A stretch of 40,987 nucleotides of DNA from Gammaproteobacteria bacterium. GTDB lineage: Bacteria > Pseudomonadota > Gammaproteobacteria > Burkholderiales > SG8-39. A program made the position numbers and the translations under genes. Below are positions 7,908 through 16,527 of the stretch, piece by piece. The first letter of the stretch is position 1, and each line of letters starts with the position of its first letter. The stretch covers positions 1-40,987 of the forward strand of contig JBGPPD010000004.1 of NCBI GenBank assembly GCA_041488375.1, in the 5' to 3' direction. Below the pieces are notes generated by a model. That model was given only the letters and a program-made list of their open reading frames with translations. It had not been told where the DNA came from and ran no database searches.

Positions 7908-9326
7908 TCACCGCGCGTCCTGCAGGGCACCGACCAACTCGTCGATATCCGCCGCTGCGGCCTCGCCATGCGTCACGCAGGCGCGTATCACGTCGCGCCC
8001 CTCGAGTTTCGGCGCAGCGACCCAGGCCCGGCCCGAGGCAAGGACCCGGCTCGCGACCGTCCGTGCATCCGCCGATCCCGGCGCAGGCTCCACGCACAGC
8101 ACGGCGAGTGGCGAGTCGTTGGCAATGCGCCAGCCGAAGGCGGCGAGCCTGTCCTTGAGCAAGCCGATCAGTTCCACCGCGCGCTCCACGTGCTGTGCGT
8201 AGCCAGCCCAACCGGCTGCCGCCAGCGCGAGGAACAGGCGCAGCCCGAGAAAGCGTCGCGACCATTGCATGGTCGTCACGTAGGGATCGATGCCGGCATG
8301 GCTGGACGGCATGAAGGTGACCGAAACCTGAAAGGCGTCCGACAGTACGCGCGCGTGGCGCGTGATGTACATGCCGCATCCCATGGTGGTGGCGAACCAC
8401 TTGTGGGCATCGATGGTGGTCGAGTCCGCCTGCTCGAGGCCGGCGAGCGCGCCGCGCAGGCGTTCCGACGCGATCAGCGCGCCGCCCCAGGCCGCGTCCA
8501 CGTGGTACCAAAGCCCGTGCGCCCGGGCAATCGCGGCGCAGCTCACCAGCGGATCCATCATGCCGGCGTTGGACGTCCCGGCAGTGGCCGCGATCATGAA
8601 CGGCACGCAACCGCGCGCCTTGTCGGCGCGCACCGCCTGCTCGAGCGCATTCGCGTCCATGCGCCCGGTCCCGTCCGTCGCGACCAGGCATACCGCGGAA
8701 CGCCCAATCCCCACCTGGTGGGCGATCTTGACCCAGGCCAGGTGGCTCTCGCGTGAAACGTAGAACACGGGGGCGCCCGCGAAGGCGCGCGCGCCTTCGC
8801 TCGCAAAACCCGGATGCGCACGCGTCAGCGCACAGATCACCGCAGTGCAGTTGGCTTCCGAACCGCCGCTGGTGAAATGGCCGGCGCTGTCCGCCGGAAG
8901 GCCGGCGCGCCGGGCGATCGCCCGGATCACGTGCGACTCGATGTCGACCGCGGCCGGCGAGGTCGTCGAGGTGGCGAGCTGCGGGTTGAAAGTCGCCGTG
9001 ATGCGATCCGCGCATTGCGCCTGGAAGGTGGGTGCCGGGTTGTACAGGCCGAAATAGCGCGGGTGCGTCACGTGGACGAGCCCGTGCTCCAACTGCGCGA
9101 TGGTCCACGGCAGAATATCCGCCATGGCGCGCGGCGCCTGGAAGTCGAAGCCGGCCAGTTCGCGTCTGAATCGCGCCAGGTCGAATGTCGGCATGACGGA
9201 TCCCGCATCGACGCGCGCGCTTACGAGGCTCAGCTCCCGCGTGAGGAAGTCCTCCCACGACCTGCGATCCTCGAGGGACGGGAACAGCGCCGAGGCGTGC
9301 GCCGCCCTGTCGCGGGGAGCGTTCAA
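7908..9326 (-). CDS. Group II PLP-dependent amino-acid decarboxylase
   Basis: HPRYFG, FTSGGSEAN, SRESH, ATAGTSNAGMMDP, WYHVDAAWGG, TIDAHKW (PLP lysine), TMQWSRR. Probable TTG start at 9326 overlapping the metY TGA; the track's longer N-terminus shadows metY. Confidence 0.88.
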   Translation of the reverse strand: MNAPRDRAAHASALFPSLEDRRSWEDFLTRELSLVSARVDAGSVMPTFDLARFRRELAGFDFQAPRAMADILPWTIAQLEHGLVHVTHPRYFGLYNPAPTFQAQCADRITATFNPQLATSTTSPAAVDIESHVIRAIARRAGLPADSAGHFTSGGSEANCTAVICALTRAHPGFASEGARAFAGAPVFYVSRESHLAWVKIAHQVGIGRSAVCLVATDGTGRMDANALEQAVRADKARGCVPFMIAATAGTSNAGMMDPLVSCAAIARAHGLWYHVDAAWGGALIASERLRGALAGLEQADSTTIDAHKWFATTMGCGMYITRHARVLSDAFQVSVTFMPSSHAGIDPYVTTMQWSRRFLGLRLFLALAAAGWAGYAQHVERAVELIGLLKDRLAAFGWRIANDSPLAVLCVEPAPGSADARTVASRVLASGRAWVAAPKLEGRDVIRACVTHGEAAAADIDELVGALQDAR

Positions 9327-10606
9327 GCGACGCGGGCCGCGGTCGCCAGCGCCTGGTCGAGGTCGGCGATGATGTCGTCCGCGTGCTCGATGCCGATGCT
9401 CAGGCGGATCATTTCCGGCGATACGCCCGCCTTGCGCTGCTCTTCGCCCGTCATTTGCCGATGGGTGGTCGAGGCTGGGTGGCACGCCAGGCTCTTGGCA
9501 TCGCCGAGGTTCACGAGCCGCTTGATCAACCCGAGCGCGTCGTAGAATCTGGTGCCCCCTTCGAATCCGCCCCGCACGCCGAAAGTGATCAGCGAGCAGG
9601 CGCGGCCGCCGAGGTACTTCTGCGCCAACGCGTAGTACGGATTTTCGGGGAAGCCCGCGTAGTTGACCCATGCCACGCGCGGATCCTCGCGCAGGTACTC
9701 GGCGATGCGGCGCGCGTTCTCCACGTGGCGGTCGATGCGCACCGCGACCGTTTCGATGCCCTGCAGCAGCAGGAACGCGCTGAGCGGGGACAGCACCGAC
9801 CCCATGGTGCGTTGGTAGACGCTGCGGCAGCGCCCGATGTAGGCCGCCGCGCCGTAGTGCTCGGTGTAGACCAGCCCGTGGTAGGAGACGTCGGGTTCGC
9901 TGAACATCGGGAATTTCGCCGCGTGCTTCGCCCAGGGGAACTTGCCGCTGTCGACGATGGCCCCGCCCATGGTGGTGCCGTGCCCGCCCAGGAACTTGGT
10001 CAGGGAGTGCAGCACGATGTCGGCGCCGAATTCGATCGGCCGCAGCAGGATGGGCGTGGCGACCGTGTTGTCCACGATCAACGGAACGTCGCGCCGGTGG
10101 GCGACCGTCGCCAGTGCCTCGACGTCGCAGATGTTGCCCGCCGGGTTGCCGACGCTTTCGCAAAAGATCGCGCGGGTATCGTCATCCATCAGCTTTTCGA
10201 TGTCCGCCGCACTGTCGGAGGCCGCAAACCGCACATCGATGCCGAAGCCCGGGAGAATGTGGGCGAACAGCGAGTAGGTGGTGCCGTAGAGCTGCGGCAC
10301 CGAGACGATGTTCCTGCCCTTCTCGGTCAGATTGAGCACCGAAAAGTGCAACGCAGCCTGCCCGGTGCTCACGCTGAGCGCAGCCACCCCCCCTTCGAGC
10401 GCCGCGACGCGCCGCTCCAGCACGTCGCAGGTCGGATTGCTGATGCGGCTGTAGCGGTAGCCCTCGGCTTCCAGATTGAACAGCGCGGCGCCATGCGCCG
10501 CGCTGTCGAAGGCATAGGCGACGGTCTGGTAGATCGGGACGGCAACCGCCTTGGTAGTCGGCTCAACTTCATAACCGCCGTGAACGGCAATCGTTTCGTT
10601 GCGCAT
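9323..10606 (-). CDS. metY: O-acetylhomoserine aminocarboxypropyltransferase / sulfhydrylase
   Basis: VPIYQTVAY, YSRISNPT, VDNTVATP, HSLTKFLGGHG (PLP lysine), VNLGDAKSLACHPASTTH, IRLSIGIEH. Confidence 0.92.
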   Translation of the reverse strand: MRNETIAVHGGYEVEPTTKAVAVPIYQTVAYAFDSAAHGAALFNLEAEGYRYSRISNPTCDVLERRVAALEGGVAALSVSTGQAALHFSVLNLTEKGRNIVSVPQLYGTTYSLFAHILPGFGIDVRFAASDSAADIEKLMDDDTRAIFCESVGNPAGNICDVEALATVAHRRDVPLIVDNTVATPILLRPIEFGADIVLHSLTKFLGGHGTTMGGAIVDSGKFPWAKHAAKFPMFSEPDVSYHGLVYTEHYGAAAYIGRCRSVYQRTMGSVLSPLSAFLLLQGIETVAVRIDRHVENARRIAEYLREDPRVAWVNYAGFPENPYYALAQKYLGGRACSLITFGVRGGFEGGTRFYDALGLIKRLVNLGDAKSLACHPASTTHRQMTGEEQRKAGVSPEMIRLSIGIEHADDIIADLDQALATAARVA

Positions 10607-10710
10607 CTAACGCTTCCCCCGCAACCTTATTACGCTGCTCGCAGCCCATTTCCCGCCCTCGAGCAGAATACCATCTCTCGTATTGAATCGACACGACTTT
10701 CCGACCCGCA

Positions 10711-12114
10711 TCAATCCGCCTGACTGCCAATCCGATCTTGCGCAGCCTGTCGATCGGAATTCACCTTGGACACGATCCACGGCTGCTTCCCGCTCGACGT
10801 CACCGGCATCTCCTGCACCTCCACGACCTCGACGTTGACACCGGGCCCCATCGCCTGCTCGCCCGTGAACCGGATGAATTCGATGTCGCGCGCAGCAATC
10901 GTCCGATTGCTGCGCAGCTCGATGCGCAAAGCATTGACTTCCTCCTGCACCACGCGGAACTGATGGATCGATGGCAGCGCGTCGAACATGTGCGTGAAAA
11001 ACATGGCGTGCACCTCCTTTCCGCCGGGCGTAAGAATCCTGTCGTGAGTCCTGCCATCCACGCTGGAGATCAGCGGCATGGTGCGACCACAGGCGCACGC
11101 CCGGTCTGTCGGCACCACGAAATCACCTATGGCGTAGCGCACCAGTGGCGCCGCCTTTTCGTTCAAATTGGTGATCACCAGCTCGGCGCGCTCGCCCGGC
11201 CTTGCATCCCGGCCGTTGGTCAGAAATTCGAATATGTGATTCTCATGCGACAGATGGAGACCGCCACTCGGGCATTCATACGCGATGACGCCGAGCTCCG
11301 TGCAACCGTACTCGACAAGAGTCTTGCAACCAAGCACCCGCTCGATCAAGCTGCGCTGGGCCTGCAGCAGGTTCTCCCCCGTGACAGCGGCGGCGCGTAC
11401 GCCGATCGCCTTTCCGTCGAGGCCAAGCTCCTCCAGAGTGGCGCAGAACCGGTACAAGCCCGAAGCCATGCCGCGCATGAATGCGGGCTCGAACGCCACG
11501 AACGCCTCATACGTCCTGCGCACGCTCGCCGGGTCCTGGTGATAGACGTCGACGAGCCTGATATTCTTCATGCGCCACGACGCCCTGCGCTTGATTGCTG
11601 CCAGGCGCCCCGACCAGCGGTTCCCCACATTGCGCGCTCCGGCCCAGATGAGCCCTTCGCGCACGCCGAAATCCGTTCCCCACCAGCGCCGCCCGCGCGA
11701 CCACGGCGCGAAGGTATTCATGGCCACGGATTCCTTGCTGCGACGAAAAGGAAACGGCTCGCCGGTCGACCCGCTCGATGGCCAGACCTCGTGCGCCTCC
11801 TGCCCGCCATCCGCGAAAAAGCGGGAATAGTCAGCGCGAAGCGTCGCTTTGGAGACCGTCGGCAACCTCTTCAGGTCACCGCTATTTCTGATGTCGGCTG
11901 GAACGATGCCCAGCCGCCTGAATGCCTCTCTGTAATACGGGACCCTTGCGTAGCAGTGCTCGATGAGCGCTCGCAAGCGTGTCAGGCGGTCATCCTCCAC
12001 GGTGTGGAACGGCGCCCACTGCAGCTCTTCGAGCCTTTCCAGCCACGGCAAGTAGTTCCACCCGCGAACGCGCTGGATGGAGTCGAATACAAACTTGGCA
12101 ACCCGTTCATTCAT
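10711..12114 (-). CDS. Phenylacetate-CoA ligase family adenylate-forming protein (CapK-like)
   Basis: VPYYREAF, LPTVSK, SSGSTGEP, EYGCTE, IAYECP, ITNL..APLVRYAIGD, CACGR, SSGK; polysaccharide-locus context. Confidence 0.85.
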   Translation of the reverse strand: MNERVAKFVFDSIQRVRGWNYLPWLERLEELQWAPFHTVEDDRLTRLRALIEHCYARVPYYREAFRRLGIVPADIRNSGDLKRLPTVSKATLRADYSRFFADGGQEAHEVWPSSGSTGEPFPFRRSKESVAMNTFAPWSRGRRWWGTDFGVREGLIWAGARNVGNRWSGRLAAIKRRASWRMKNIRLVDVYHQDPASVRRTYEAFVAFEPAFMRGMASGLYRFCATLEELGLDGKAIGVRAAAVTGENLLQAQRSLIERVLGCKTLVEYGCTELGVIAYECPSGGLHLSHENHIFEFLTNGRDARPGERAELVITNLNEKAAPLVRYAIGDFVVPTDRACACGRTMPLISSVDGRTHDRILTPGGKEVHAMFFTHMFDALPSIHQFRVVQEEVNALRIELRSNRTIAARDIEFIRFTGEQAMGPGVNVEVVEVQEMPVTSSGKQPWIVSKVNSDRQAAQDRIGSQAD

Positions 12115-12129
12115 TGAGGGGACCGTATC

Positions 12130-13263
12130 TCAGCAGCGCTGTGCGCGCACGACCGAATCGTAGAGGTCGGCCGTCTGCTCGCCCACCACCCGCTGGTCCC
12201 AGGCGAGGCGCGCCCTCCGTGCCGCGCGCTCGCCCATGCGTTCGCGCAGTTCCGGGTTATCGAGCAACCGGACAATGGCGTCAGCCAACTGCGCCGGCTG
12301 GCGAGGCGCCAGCAATATGCCCGTTTCGCCGTCCTTGATCATTTCCGGGATCGCGCCAACCCTGGTGGCGACGACGGCCATCCCCGCAGCCATTGCCTCC
12401 ATCACCGCCATCGGCATGTTCTCGGTATGCGATGGCAGTATGAAGATACCGGCAGACGCGATGCTTTCCAGCTTGTCCTTGCCGAACACCGGGTTGAGGA
12501 AACTCACGGTGCCGTCCAGGCCCTGCGCATGGACCTTGGCGTCCAACGCGGCAAGCGCACCCGGGTCCCGTTCCGATCCAAAGAAGGAAAACCGAACACG
12601 AGGATGCGACTTGTTCACGATCGCCGCTGCCTCGACGGCATCGAAATGCCCTTTCCTTTCGCAAAAATTGCCGAGCATCAGCACATCGGTCGCCGCGCGG
12701 GAACGCCGTCGTTGCGCTTCGGCGAGAATTTCACAATCCACTGAATTCGGAATCACGGCGACACGCGCTCCCGGCTCGATGGAGCTGACGATATGCTCCC
12801 AGCTCTTTGAGAGCACGACTACCCGATTTGAAACGCGAAGCATCGTCCTGACAATTCTTTGCTCAAGGCGTCCCGCGTTCGCATAGGCGCGGTCGAAATC
12901 TCCGCCGTGAATACGCAGCACGAGCGGGGTACGAGTCACCCTGGCGGCAAGAACTATCGCGCCGTTCTTGAGGAAATCCCGACCGCTCACGGCATGCACA
13001 TCCACGATGGAAGACCGCGACACTGCAAGCCGCCACAGTGTTCGCCCGAACAGCCACGCCCCATAGCCCAAACGCCTGACCATTCCCCGTTCGGCGCGTT
13101 CGCCGCGAAACACGCTTATTACGCCCAACTCATAGCGCTCGCGGAGCGGCGAAGCGAGCAGATTCTGGAGGGCGACGTCGAGTCCGGACGATACGACCGT
13201 CGGCGCAAAGGATCCGAAGATCAGGGCGCGAGGACGATTGCTTGCTCGCCGCAGCAGGTTCAT
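12130..13263 (-). CDS. Glycosyltransferase family 4
   Basis: VIPNSVD, RKGHF, FILPSHTENMPMAVMEAMAAG (Ex7E), TRVGAIPEMI. Confidence 0.92.
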   Translation of the reverse strand: MNLLRRASNRPRALIFGSFAPTVVSSGLDVALQNLLASPLRERYELGVISVFRGERAERGMVRRLGYGAWLFGRTLWRLAVSRSSIVDVHAVSGRDFLKNGAIVLAARVTRTPLVLRIHGGDFDRAYANAGRLEQRIVRTMLRVSNRVVVLSKSWEHIVSSIEPGARVAVIPNSVDCEILAEAQRRRSRAATDVLMLGNFCERKGHFDAVEAAAIVNKSHPRVRFSFFGSERDPGALAALDAKVHAQGLDGTVSFLNPVFGKDKLESIASAGIFILPSHTENMPMAVMEAMAAGMAVVATRVGAIPEMIKDGETGILLAPRQPAQLADAIVRLLDNPELRERMGERAARRARLAWDQRVVGEQTADLYDSVVRAQRC

Positions 13264-13305
13264 TCTGTCTTCGTTCCGACGCCTTGCGCGAACCCGGGCT
13301 GCGGC

Positions 13306-13656
13306 TCAGTACATGACGTAGATGAACTCGGATACGTCGACGCTCTCCTCCTCAACATGGCGCAGGGATCTCGCGAGACCTGCCATCGCGGGCGCGAGGT
13401 TCGCGAGCAAGCGCACGTCGCCGCCCCCCCAAACGTCAGCAAAATCAGCCTCGACCGCTTGTGGCGTCGAGCAGCCGCCCTTCTCAAAATCACCCTTCTT
13501 CATCTCGGTGGACGTCCTGCGCACGAAGTAGCTTGGGGCATCCTTGTCCAAGCGCGTTTCGAGGAAGGTCACCCCCTCACCCTTCAGGCGTCTGGAAAGC
13601 GGCAACAGCTGCTCGTCAAACAGCCGATCAATATCCCTGTCAAGATCCTCAGTCAC
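13306..13656 (-). CDS. Hypothetical soluble 116-aa protein ending in ...DVSEFIYVMY
   Basis: GTG 13656 after GGAG overlaps the carbamoyltransferase stop and fills the gap to the GT4 gene. Acidic, with no hydrophobic segment. Confidence 0.72.
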   Translation of the reverse strand: MTEDLDRDIDRLFDEQLLPLSRRLKGEGVTFLETRLDKDAPSYFVRRTSTEMKKGDFEKGGCSTPQAVEADFADVWGGGDVRLLANLAPAMAGLARSLRHVEEESVDVSEFIYVMY

Positions 13657-15499
13657 GGCCGTACTCCGTCTTCCAGTTGTCGTTGTCGTCAAACTCGGGT
13701 TGTACGTCCTTCCACAGCAGGAACTCCTCCAGGACGAGCAGGTCGATCCCGGTTCGCATGAAGCAGGTGTATGCATCCTTCGGCGACTGCACGATCGGCT
13801 CGCCGCGGACGTTGAACGACGTATTCACGACAACGCCGATGCCTGTGATGTCCTTGAATGCCCTGATCAAACGATGGAATTCCGGATGATCGTCCCGGTG
13901 CACCGTCTGCACTCGCGCACTGTAGTCGACGTGGGTGATTGCGGGGAGGTCCGACCGGACTTGATTTACCACGCGCAGCATGTCGTCATCGGCGTCGCTG
14001 TCGAACAATCCAGACTTAACCGGCATGCGCCGGTCGTCGCGAACAGGGGCGACCAGCAGCATGTACGGGCTCTCGCCGGTCATCTCGAAGTACTCACTTG
14101 CGTCTTCGGCGAGAACGGCGGGCGCAAACGGCCTGAACGATTCGCGGAATTTCACTTTCAGGTTGAGCTTGCTCTGCGTGTCATGCCTGCGTGGATCGGC
14201 CAGGATCGAGCGCGCGCCCAGCGAACGCGGACCGAACTCCATGCGACCCGAGAAGTAGCCCACCACCTTTCCGTCGGACAAGGCCTTGGCGACGACCCTT
14301 GCGCGCTCCTCGCCGTCAACGATGCGTTCGCAGGGGTAGTCTTGGCGGTCAAGAAACGCGGCGATCTCGTTCGCCTTGTACGCCGGACCGAGGTAGCTGC
14401 CGCGCTGGCTGTCGCGGCCGTTAATCGCACGATGGCGCGGTTCGCCGAAGTACGCGTGGTTGACGAGGAGCGCCGCACCCAGCGACCCGCCGGCGTCTCC
14501 CGCGGCGGGCTGTATCCAGAGGTTGTCGAAAACCCTTTCCCGCTGCAGTACGCCGTTCGCGACGCAATTGAGCGCCACACCGCCGGCCAGCACGAGGTTC
14601 CTTGCGCCAGTCTGCCTTCTCGCGCGACGGGCGAGCGCAAGCACGAGTTCGGTCGTCACCGCCTGAATCGACGCGGCAAGGTCCATCTCGCGTCGCGTGA
14701 TGCGCGATTCGGACTTGCGCGCGCTGCCGCCGAACAGCGCTTCGAATTTCGCATTGGTCATCGTCATGCCGTCGACGTAGCCGAAATACTCGAGGTTCAG
14801 GCGATAGGACCCGTCCGGCTTGATGTCGATCAGGTGGTCCTTGATGGCCTGCGCATAGCGCGGCTGGCCGTAGGGGGCGAGCCCCATCAGCTTGTACTCC
14901 CCAGAGTTGACCTTGAAGCCGCAGTAGTACGTGAACGCGCTGTACAGCAGGCCCACCGAGTGCGGATAGTCGATCTCTTCGAACAACTCCACGCGTGCTT
15001 CCCGGCCCGCTCCGATCGAGGTCGTCGACCACTCGCCCACGCCGTCCAGCGTGAGGATCGCGGCTTCGTCGAACGGTGATGGGTAGAACGCGGACGCCGC
15101 ATGCGCCATGTGGTGCTCGGTAAAGAGCACTTCGCCGAGCTTTCCCGTCGTCCCGATCGCTTTTTCGACGTGATCCTTGACCCAGATCTTCACACCAAGT
15201 ATCGACTTCGCCGCGCGTCTGAACTGCTCGCGCGCCGGCTCCCCGGCGTGCATGCAGTTCCGGACCACGCGATCCCAGGTGTGGAGCGCCTTGTCGTAGA
15301 AGACTACGGCGTCAAGCTCGTCGGGCTCTGCACCCGCCTCCTCGAGACAATAGTTGATCGCGTTCCTCGGAAAGCGGGGATCGTGCTTGCGGCGGGTGAA
15401 GCGTTCCTCCTGCGCCGCGGCCACGATGCGTCCATTCTGGACCAGTGCGGCTGCCGCGTCGTGGTAGAAGGCGCTGATTCCCAGGATGGTCCTGCTCAT
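13649..15499 (-). CDS. Carbamoyltransferase, NodU/CmcH/TobZ family (copy 1)
   Basis: ILGISAFYHDAAAA, QEERFTRRKH, EHHMAHAASAFY, GEYKLMGLAPYG, LAGGVALNC, PAAGDAG, EFGPRSLGARS, KFRESFRPFAP, THVDYSARVQTV, NTSFNVRGEP. ATG 15499 in an ATGA overlap. Confidence 0.95.
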   Translation of the reverse strand: MSRTILGISAFYHDAAAALVQNGRIVAAAQEERFTRRKHDPRFPRNAINYCLEEAGAEPDELDAVVFYDKALHTWDRVVRNCMHAGEPAREQFRRAAKSILGVKIWVKDHVEKAIGTTGKLGEVLFTEHHMAHAASAFYPSPFDEAAILTLDGVGEWSTTSIGAGREARVELFEEIDYPHSVGLLYSAFTYYCGFKVNSGEYKLMGLAPYGQPRYAQAIKDHLIDIKPDGSYRLNLEYFGYVDGMTMTNAKFEALFGGSARKSESRITRREMDLAASIQAVTTELVLALARRARRQTGARNLVLAGGVALNCVANGVLQRERVFDNLWIQPAAGDAGGSLGAALLVNHAYFGEPRHRAINGRDSQRGSYLGPAYKANEIAAFLDRQDYPCERIVDGEERARVVAKALSDGKVVGYFSGRMEFGPRSLGARSILADPRRHDTQSKLNLKVKFRESFRPFAPAVLAEDASEYFEMTGESPYMLLVAPVRDDRRMPVKSGLFDSDADDDMLRVVNQVRSDLPAITHVDYSARVQTVHRDDHPEFHRLIRAFKDITGIGVVVNTSFNVRGEPIVQSPKDAYTCFMRTGIDLLVLEEFLLWKDVQPEFDDNDNWKTEYGRD

Positions 15500-16527
15500 G
15501 GTGCCTGCCGCTTCCCCAGGAGCGCCGAGATCGCCGGCGCCACTGCTTTCGCCAGGGCTTCGTGCCCGGTCCTGGTCAAGTGACCGTCGTTCGGGAAGTA
15601 GAACGACCTGCGAACATCCGGAGCATGCTGCAAAAGCAGCGGCAGCGGGTCGTGAAATGTGCCGCCCGCAGCCTCTGTGGCCGAGCGCAGGCGCGCCTGG
15701 TAGGTGCGGGGACTCGAAATCCCGCAAACGTAGTGGTACATCGGAATGGGCACCAGCATCACCGGTTTGGTGTGGCCGCCGATCCATTGGGCGATCAGCG
15801 CCCGCATGACGAGCCATGCCGGATTGCTGGAATTCTCGTAATCCTTGATCGGCTGATAGCGCAGCGTGGCGAGCACCCTGTCCTTCAGCCCGCTCCTGAT
15901 TACAAGATTGTCGAACCGTGGACTGCGTTTCAGGCGATTGAGCAGGCGCTTGAGTCCGGGAAATCGCTCGACCGCCGATATGTACTGCCTGTCCTCCGCG
16001 GAGAGTTCTGCCGGATCGACCGGCCGCTTGCTGGGCGGAACGCCTCGCAACTCGAGCTTTCCCTCGCGCAGTGTGTAGAAAGGCTTTGCGTAGAGCACTC
16101 GCTCGCCCGCTTCGTTGGCGAAATACCGATAGCGCGAACCCACCCGGCGGATGTTCTCGACGAATACGGCGATCACCAGGAGGTCGTGGTCGATGTCCTG
16201 CGCGTACTCCCGGTAAACGAGATAGTGCTGATCGAGTCCGGTTGCGGGCAGGCCGAAGTTGTAGACCTGGAGATCAGGCAGGATTCTCTCGAGGTGATCG
16301 CCATAGCGATAACCGTTGGATACGCCCTCGCCGGCGGTGAACGAATCTCCGAACAGCAGAATCCGGCGCGTGCCCTCCTTGCGCCGGCGCTCGAACGGAT
16401 GGTCGCAGCGAAAACCGGTCTCGTTCGTGCGCACGAGATAGCCGCCACCTTCGTGCGGGACGCGTGCCCTGGTCTCCGGAACGAAGCGAAAGCCGATGAC
16501 CGGGTGATATTCATAGATCTGGCGCAC
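15496..16527 (-). CDS. SGNH/GDSL-family protein with no evident signal peptide
   Basis: LLFGDSFTAG (block I Ser), VYNFGLP, FPNDGHL (DxH). Probable GTG start at 16527 overlapping the upstream TAG. Confidence 0.85.
   Translation of the reverse strand: MRQIYEYHPVIGFRFVPETRARVPHEGGGYLVRTNETGFRCDHPFERRRKEGTRRILLFGDSFTAGEGVSNGYRYGDHLERILPDLQVYNFGLPATGLDQHYLVYREYAQDIDHDLLVIAVFVENIRRVGSRYRYFANEAGERVLYAKPFYTLREGKLELRGVPPSKRPVDPAELSAEDRQYISAVERFPGLKRLLNRLKRSPRFDNLVIRSGLKDRVLATLRYQPIKDYENSSNPAWLVMRALIAQWIGGHTKPVMLVPIPMYHYVCGISSPRTYQARLRSATEAAGGTFHDPLPLLLQHAPDVRRSFYFPNDGHLTRTGHEALAKAVAPAISALLGKRQAP

Noticed and set aside
9327-10163. N-terminal extension of the 751-aa track ORF; similar extensions at 15500-15817, 16528-17295, 28434-29063, 36448-36588 and 4345-4995
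   Set aside because: Arg/Gly/Pro-rich out-of-frame read-through overlapping real upstream genes. Family motifs start only at the coupled starts given above.
10738-12117. Long antisense ORFs (also 9383-10723, 13544-15079, 15562-16842, 37174-38568, 39013-40206)
   Set aside because: They mirror well-supported minus-strand genes, are expected in high-GC DNA and carry no recognisable motifs.
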